A stretch of 60,629 bases of DNA from Arenicellales bacterium (GTDB lineage: Bacteria; Pseudomonadota; Gammaproteobacteria; Arenicellales; JAANXG01), in assembly GCA_030066885.1 (NCBI GenBank), contig JASJAT010000051.1:1-60629 (forward strand), given 5' to 3'. Of the stretch, positions 41,243-46,320 are shown piece after piece. Below the pieces are notes generated by a model that saw only the letters and a program-made list of their open reading frames with translations, made no database searches and was not told where the DNA came from. Numbering within the stretch: the first letter of the stretch is position 1; every line of letters starts with the position of its first letter. Position numbers and translations under genes: made by a program.

Positions 41243-42001
41243 CTAACTTGCAGGTACAAGCAAGACGTTTAAAATCTCGAAACGCAATCGAATCTCATTA
41301 CCCTCTATAGACAAATCATACGCTCTCAATACTTGTTCGGGAGTTGCTTCGATTAGTTTGCCGTAAGAGCTATTTAAATTTCGATCGAACCAAATCGAAG
41401 AACGGAAAGAATCTTTCAGAATAAAACCATGTTGCTCAAAGACTTGTAGCAAGTCGTTAGTCGTGGCCATCCGCACATGACCATCATTCTTTAAGCTCTG
41501 GAATTTGTTGATAAAATCTACGCTGTCGACTTCACTTCGGACTGCGTCAGAGAAAACGAACTTTCCCGGCTCACGTAGAGTCCGGTGTATCTCCGAAAGG
41601 GTTGTTAGTGGCAATGGTAAATGGTGGAAGGCGTACCGGCAAAATACCCCATCAAACAAGCCATCTGCAAAAGGCAATGTTATTCCATCAAATGTCTGGA
41701 ACTGGAGATTCGATAATCCTTGATCTGAAGCTACTTCCGTATCCCTGCGTATCGCTTTTTCTGCTACGTCCACGCCGATCACTTTGGATGATGTATATTG
41801 TTTCGCGAGCGCCATGGCTACGTAGCCTGCGCCGGTGCCTATATCTAAAAATACCTGGTTATGTCCCTTGGGCACGTACGATAATAGGCGACTTAGCTGT
41901 ATCTGGTCTGCGTGTGTTACCCGGTAGGCGTCAGTATGCAGCTCAGCATCAAAAGCACGGGCAGCTTGCGCAATGAGTTCCTTGACTTGCTTCTTTTCCA
42001 A
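41243..42001 (-). CDS. Class I SAM-dependent methyltransferase (Methyltransf_11/UbiE-like).
   Basis: VFLDIGTGAGYVAMALA (motif I), VIGVDVAE, FDGVFCRYAFHH. Confidence 0.75.
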   Translation of the reverse strand: MEKKQVKELIAQAARAFDAELHTDAYRVTHADQIQLSRLLSYVPKGHNQVFLDIGTGAGYVAMALAKQYTSSKVIGVDVAEKAIRRDTEVASDQGLSNLQFQTFDGITLPFADGLFDGVFCRYAFHHLPLPLTTLSEIHRTLREPGKFVFSDAVRSEVDSVDFINKFQSLKNDGHVRMATTNDLLQVFEQHGFILKDSFRSSIWFDRNLNSSYGKLIEATPEQVLRAYDLSIEGNEIRLRFEILNVLLVPAS

Positions 42002-42103
42002 AGTTGGATGTCAGGTGGTTTGTTGAGAATCAAAATAGAGGATAAGGGCCGCTCCTGGCAGCATAAATTGAGCATCCCTGCGGCTGAGTATATTCTTGTG
42101 CCC

Positions 42104-42532
42104 TTACCCGCTGATGTAGTGCTCGAGTTGTTCGATGGTGAACTTCTGCTCGGCAATAATCGTCTTTACCAAATCTCCGATAGAGATCATGCCCACAACT
42201 TGCTTTCCCTCCATGACGGGGAGGTGACGTATGTGCTTCTTTGTCATGAGCGCCATGCATTCTTCAACATTTTGTTCGGGCCGGGCAAATAGAACATCTT
42301 TTGTCATGATATCCACCACAGGGGTCTTTTTAGATGACTTGCCCTTGAGAATGACCTTCCGTGCGTAGTCCCGTTCCGAGAGGATACCGACTAGGCTTCC
42401 GCCTTCCATAACGAGAAGCGCGCCGATCCCTTTCTCAGCCATAAGCTTGATGGCATCATAGACAAAATCATTGGGTCCAATAGACCAGATGTGCCGCTCT
42501 TTGGAGTCTAAAAGCTTTGCGACTGCTGTCAT
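42104..42532 (-). CDS. CBS domain pair protein.
   Basis: 142 aa with two CBS repeats (IGALLVMEGGSLVGILSERD; IRHLPVMEGKQVVGMISIGD). Confidence 0.8.
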   Translation of the reverse strand: MTAVAKLLDSKERHIWSIGPNDFVYDAIKLMAEKGIGALLVMEGGSLVGILSERDYARKVILKGKSSKKTPVVDIMTKDVLFARPEQNVEECMALMTKKHIRHLPVMEGKQVVGMISIGDLVKTIIAEQKFTIEQLEHYISG

Positions 42533-42828
42533 TACCGATCTCCCGACAGAACTCCCTCTTACCTAAGAGCATAGGGAAAAGGTAAATTTAAAGTCAAGGG
42601 GTTGTAACTAAACAGGTGTGGATGAAACGGTCTATTATTTGCTATTGTTCAAACATAATGAGCCTATTAATTCAGGAATTTCCCTTTAGTGCCAGACTTT
42701 CATTGGGACACCAAAGTGGGCTAACGGGAGAAAGGCAATTAATGGAGATAGAGAGCATAACGGCTCCCCCACCACTACATTACCGGTATTAGTATCCGTT
42801 CCTGAATGGTGAGGTAAAAAGCACACAA

Positions 42829-43248
42829 ATGAATGTCTCTTCACCCCCACGGGTAAAATTTTCTAGTTTTGAGTTTGCCCGTTTTCACAAAGGCCGCTGT
42901 AGAGCCAGCGTTGGTCTTGAAAAACCCGATGGTGTTCTCATTGAAGAGACTGTAGAAGCGGTAGCTGCCGCGGAATCTACTTCGGAATTACGCTGCGCGG
43001 CACAGGCGACTTTGGAGGCGCTTGGCAAATCTGTAGGAGACATTTGCACCTTCGAACTACTGGGCGTCAAGGCTATCAAAGCCTTCGACACCACTGTGAT
43101 TATCGTAGCGCTGACCGTGCAACACGACGAACAAGTCCATCGCCTGGTCGGGTCTTATCTAGCTGAAGAGAATCCGGAAAGGGGGGCAGCGCTAGCGGTT
43201 TTAAATGCTACTAACAGGTTTTTAGAGAACCCAGCGTTTCACCGTTAG
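42829..43248 (+). CDS. Hypothetical protein (139 aa).
   Basis: Clean ORF with no competing frame. No family recognised, and no clear SD. Confidence 0.4.
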   Translation: MNVSSPPRVKFSSFEFARFHKGRCRASVGLEKPDGVLIEETVEAVAAAESTSELRCAAQATLEALGKSVGDICTFELLGVKAIKAFDTTVIIVALTVQHDEQVHRLVGSYLAEENPERGAALAVLNATNRFLENPAFHR

Positions 43249-43254
43249 CATCCA

Positions 43255-43434
43255 TTAAGTCTGAGAAGAAGAACGATTCAGCATTCGGTGAGTAGTGTCT
43301 TTGTCCGCACGTCGCTTGCCGACGATGAGAATGACGACCACACATAAGATCGGACCCACTATAACCACATAGAGAATCGGGCCCACAATCCATAGGCCGT
43401 CACCTTGAAAAAAGGCGCTAATAGCTTCAGTCAT
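43255..43434 (-). CDS. Small single-pass membrane protein, paralog A (59 aa; below the ORF-track cutoff).
   Basis: My translation is MTEAISAFFQGDGLWIVGPILYVVIVGPILCVVVILIVGKRRADKDTTHRMLNRSSSQT. GGAG lies upstream of the ATG. It shares the N-terminal motif with the four neighbouring mini-ORFs. Confidence 0.55.
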   Translation of the reverse strand: MTEAISAFFQGDGLWIVGPILYVVIVGPILCVVVILIVGKRRADKDTTHRMLNRSSSQT

Positions 43435-43602
43435 AGCGGTGGCTCCAAGAAAGATGGGTTTGGGTGCCTGCTTATCTATTAAAGCTTAGACCATCAACAT
43501 TAAATCGGACAGCGTGGGGGACACCCGCGAATGAGAGTCTTTGTGTGCCCAACATGGACACGACTATCTCAGCGATAGCGGTGGTGCAGGTAATACGCTG
43601 GA

Positions 43603-43767
43603 CTAAAGTCTTTTTGTCGTGATGCCTTTGGAAAGCCGGCGTTCAGATGTCGCCTGCCGAACTTTATCTTCGTAACGACTTGCGATTAGAGCGACGGCGA
43701 CATAGAAAGCGAATCCCACGATCCAGAGGCCATTGCTTTGAAAGAAATGAGAAACGGGTTCGAGCAT
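43603..43767 (-). CDS. Small single-pass membrane protein, paralog B (54 aa from the internal ATG of the 81-aa track ORF).
   Basis: MLEPVSHFFQSNGLWIVGFAFYVAVALIASRYEDK... matches the paralog A motif FFQxxGLWIVG. No obvious SD. Confidence 0.5.
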   Translation of the reverse strand: MLEPVSHFFQSNGLWIVGFAFYVAVALIASRYEDKVRQATSERRLSKGITTKRL

Positions 43768-43862
43768 GTTGGTCTTTTTATAAAAATCTAAACTTCGTAT
43801 CGGTTCTGAATATTCAACAGTGCCCCAAATGTTGAACACACAAATCAACTGAGTCCATCGAT

Positions 43863-44057
43863 TTACTTTCGTGTTGAGAAAGAATCGAGGTCCTCATAGT
43901 ATTCTGCACATCCATCGTAGTACTCCGATGTGTCGCTATCCCCTTTACCTGTACTTTTCTCTTTAAGCTTGTTTACGATCAACACTACAACCACAAGCAG
44001 AGTGAACACGACCCAAAAAGCGTCGCTTACGAAAAACCCTTTAATCACGTCAAACAT
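43863..44057 (-). CDS. Small single-pass membrane protein, paralog C (64 aa).
   Basis: MFDVIKGFFVSDAFWVVFTLLVVVVLIVNKLKEK..., with an acidic Tyr-rich tail. AGGGGG SD. Confidence 0.55.
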   Translation of the reverse strand: MFDVIKGFFVSDAFWVVFTLLVVVVLIVNKLKEKSTGKGDSDTSEYYDGCAEYYEDLDSFSTRK

Positions 44058-44196
44058 GATAACCCCCTATATTGCCAAAGCCCTCCGCCACCCCGAATGA
44101 CCTGTCCCGGACAAGGGGCTGACGGGCAGCACCAGACGGGGCAGGGGAAGGAACTGAGTAAACTAGGATCGACGCGCCTAGCAACAGGGAAACCGG

Positions 44197-44394
44197 CTAA
44201 CGCGCGTAAGGGCCGAGGGCGTCGAGCACCTCTTCCGCATAGATCCCTAGTTTGTCCCCATGTTCCTCTTTAAGACGCTGCTTTGTCTGCTCAATGCCAA
44301 CTTGCAACCAGGTCTCGAGATCGTCTAGCCGTGTATTCAAAGACCCAGCATCTTCTAAGCCGCTGCTCTGCGTACCTTTTTTCACTTCATACAT
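44197..44394 (-). CDS. Small soluble helical hypothetical protein (65 aa) embedded in the mini-protein array.
   Basis: ORF preceded by a GGGGGG SD and the same 14-nt leader block (ACCTGTGGGGGGTC) as paralog E1. Confidence 0.45.
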   Translation of the reverse strand: MYEVKKGTQSSGLEDAGSLNTRLDDLETWLQVGIEQTKQRLKEEHGDKLGIYAEEVLDALGPYAR

Positions 44395-44472
44395 CTTGAA
44401 TGACCCCCCACAGGTCTAGAATATATCTGTTTACAGTATAGACTATGATCGCTAAGTTGAACGGTGTGGTTT

Positions 44473-44601
44473 TTAGCGTCCCTCTGTCCCGGTAGGGTTT
44501 TTATCTTTGCGCGTGACAGCGAACAAGATTACGATCACGCACAAAACCGATCCCGCCATGACGAAGTACAAAACAGGACCAACTAACCACAGCCCGCTCA
44601 C
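44473..44601 (-). CDS. Small membrane protein, paralog E2 (42 aa from GTG). Possibly N-terminally decayed.
   Basis: (V)SGLWLVGPVLYFVMAGSVLCVIVILFAVTRKDKNPTGTEGR is closest to paralog A. It lacks the MxExIxxFF head, an ATG and an SD. Confidence 0.35.
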   Translation of the reverse strand: MSGLWLVGPVLYFVMAGSVLCVIVILFAVTRKDKNPTGTEGR

Positions 44602-44618
44602 AACTGCAGGCGTGGAGC

Positions 44619-44780
44619 CTATTCCGTACTAAGTAACTCCAGGTCTTCGCGATAAAGCTTCCATTTCGCCAGATGTGTTGCGAGATTATTTACCGCCACG
44701 CTTATCGCGGTTAAAAGGGAAACATAGACCAAAATAAAAAAACCATTGGCCTGCACAAAGGCATGGATTGATTCAAACAT
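44619..44780 (-). CDS. Small single-pass membrane protein, paralog E1 (53 aa; below the ORF-track cutoff).
   Basis: My translation is MFESIHAFVQANGFFILVYVSLLTAISVAVNNLATHLAKWKLYREDLELLSTE. GGGGGG SD. Confidence 0.5.
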   Translation of the reverse strand: MFESIHAFVQANGFFILVYVSLLTAISVAVNNLATHLAKWKLYREDLELLSTE

Positions 44781-44861
44781 CGTATAGACCCCCCACAGGT
44801 ATTACGTGCTTATCTGTTAGTGTAGACCAAAATATGGAGGTTTTTGGGTTTGATTAGTAAA

Positions 44862-44885
44862 GGGGGGCATCGGATTATGCCCCCC
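44862..44885 (-). terminator. Strong GC hairpin between the PilZ gene and the mini-protein array.
   Basis: GGGGGGCAT-CGGATT-ATGCCCCCC. On the minus strand it is followed by TTTACTAAT (short T run). Confidence 0.35.
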
Positions 44886-45103
44886 AGCGTGCAGTGTGCT
44901 AGTTCGGGACAATCATATTACCTCAACTGCCTGATGTTAGGGTGGCATCTCATCAGGTAGTCAAGGCTCCCGACGACTGGTGTCGGAGAAGATCATTAGT
45001 ATTACTTATAGCCAGAGACGATGACGTAAAGGTAATAAATAGTATTTATTATTCATTTACAGTCTTTGTGGTGATAAAGCCTTATGCAAGCGGATATCTT
45101 CGA

Positions 45104-45403
45104 TCAGCTCGAATGTAAAATACGGCATGCGTAACTGAATAAGCCCCAGGATCGATGCTTACCGTAGCGCATCACCTTTGCTTTAATTTTTAAAGGTTCA
45201 TCCATGGTATTGTCGGGTGGCATCGCTATTTCCACTTCTTGATCCATGGCCAGTTTCCGTCTGGTCATAAGATACATCCCCGTGTAGTTTATATTTTCCA
45301 GGTGCGCGTTTTCGTAACAGTCGGTGTCGTCAATATAAAGGTGGACACGAGTACGTAGCTCGCAACGAAGCGTTTGCCGCCGTTCGATTGTTAATTTATC
45401 CAT
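45104..45403 (-). CDS. PilZ domain protein (putative c-di-GMP receptor).
   Basis: RRQTLR (RxxxR) followed ~25 aa later by NINYTGMYL (D/N-x-S-x-x-G-like). ~99 aa from the ATG at 45403. Confidence 0.65.
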   Translation of the reverse strand: MDKLTIERRQTLRCELRTRVHLYIDDTDCYENAHLENINYTGMYLMTRRKLAMDQEVEIAMPPDNTMDEPLKIKAKVMRYGKHRSWGLFSYACRILHSS

Positions 45404-45763
45404 CTCTATGCCCCATTTCTGTGCATAGCGATCATCGTGCTCTCCAACCTCAACGAGACACTCATACCACACCCCCGGGTATTTTTGTCGTAACGTTAAT
45501 CTACCCAGAGATCGTCCCTGCAGTCAACGATTTGCCATGGTGTACGGTTTGATGTAACCGCATCCCAACTTGGCGGTATTTTTTGGTCATAAGATTTATC
45601 GGCTTGAAATCAATACGTTAGACCCTTCGAATGGGGATCCTCATGGTAGGGCAAGAGGTAAACGATTCGTTGATATCCCAGTGAATCGTTGCGCGATTGC
45701 GATCCGCCGTCCTTGTGTTTTACTTGCAATACGCCCAACATAACTGCGTACCCCTGTAATCGA

Positions 45764-45991
45764 ATGATGAGTATTATCAATAGAAGATCTGGTATAGATC
45801 GTCGCCACGGATTCGATCGAAGACGGATCCACGACCTAGCCTATTTTGAGCGAGGTGGTGTTGAGCGACGAAGCGGTAAAGAAAGACGTAAAACACCTGA
45901 ACTGCGGGCAGGGTGGATCCGGGTCAGCCCTTGGAGCAGTGTGAAGCAAGACATTATTTTAGAACCGGAGGAGTTTTTTCCCGTGCCCTAA
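45764..45991 (+). CDS. Arg-rich mini-protein with reiterated (S)GxDRR/ERR motifs (75 aa).
   Basis: MMSIINRRSGIDRRHGFDRRRIHDLAYFERGGVERRSGKERRKTPELRAGW... No family recognised. Divergent from the PilZ gene. Confidence 0.4.
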   Translation: MMSIINRRSGIDRRHGFDRRRIHDLAYFERGGVERRSGKERRKTPELRAGWIRVSPWSSVKQDIILEPEEFFPVP

Positions 45992-46020
45992 CGAGCACCG
46001 GAATGGACCCCGGAAGTATT

Positions 46021-46309
46021 TGGCGCCCTCGGCAGGATTCGAACCTGCGACCTATCGCTTCTTACCACTTTAGCTTTCGCTAGTCATTGCTCGTTCGTGG
46101 TCTGGACTTTACCTTCACCCTAAGCAACGCTATTAGGTGCTGCCCGTCAAGTCTCTACACCTTCCTGCTTATTCAGGCTTGGCTCGGTATTGCCACCGTC
46201 GTTACACGCTGAGGTTTCACCGAATTTGAGCAGATTCACGCAAGAAGTTTCCTTCTTTGTGCCCATTTCAAATAGGAGGCGATTGCTCTATCCCCTGAGC
46301 TACGAGGGC
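46021..46309 (-). tRNA. tRNA-Arg(CCT) gene interrupted by a group I intron. Exons are 46309-46274 and 46060-46021.
   Basis: 5' exon is GCCCTCG-TA-GCTC-AGGGGATA-GAGC-A-ATCGC-CT-CCT. 3' exon is AA-GCGAT-AGGTC-GCAGG-TTCGAAT-CCTGC-CGAGGGC-G-CCA. Joined, they give a perfect 76-nt cloverleaf with all stems Watson-Crick. Confidence 0.85.
46061..46273 (-). ncRNA. Group I intron (IC3-like, tRNA-type), 213 nt, inserted after U36 of the anticodon.
   Basis: P1 places a U-G wobble at the 5' splice site (CCU|AU...AUGGG), and the terminal G precedes the 3' exon. There is a GAAA-capped hairpin AAGAAGGAAACUUCUU. Core strings CAAAUUCGGUGAAACCU, CCGAGCCAAGC, GAAGGUGUAGAGACUUGACGG and AGCGAAAGCU closely match the Azoarcus tRNA-Ile and Anabaena tRNA-Leu introns as I remember them. 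Confidence 0.8.
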
Positions 46310-46320
46310 GTTAAAGAAGA

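Noticed and set aside
43806-43820. LexA/SOS-box-like palindrome CTGAATATTCAACAG upstream of mini-protein B.
   Set aside because: The spacing is CTG-N9-CAG rather than the CTG-N10-CAG of gammaproteobacterial SOS boxes, and there is only a single occurrence.
44473-44780. Stop-codon readthrough joining mini-ORF E1 to E2.
   Set aside because: Re-indexing shows E2 (GTG 44601) is in a different frame from E1 (TAG at 44621-44619), and the E1 frame hits TGA 18 nt later. They are two separate, or decayed, units.
45764-46309. Functional link between the Arg-rich ORF and the adjacent AGG-decoding tRNA-Arg(CCU).
   Set aside because: I read the ORF codon by codon. Its Arg codons are AGA, CGA, CGG, CGT and CGC, and there is no AGG codon at all.
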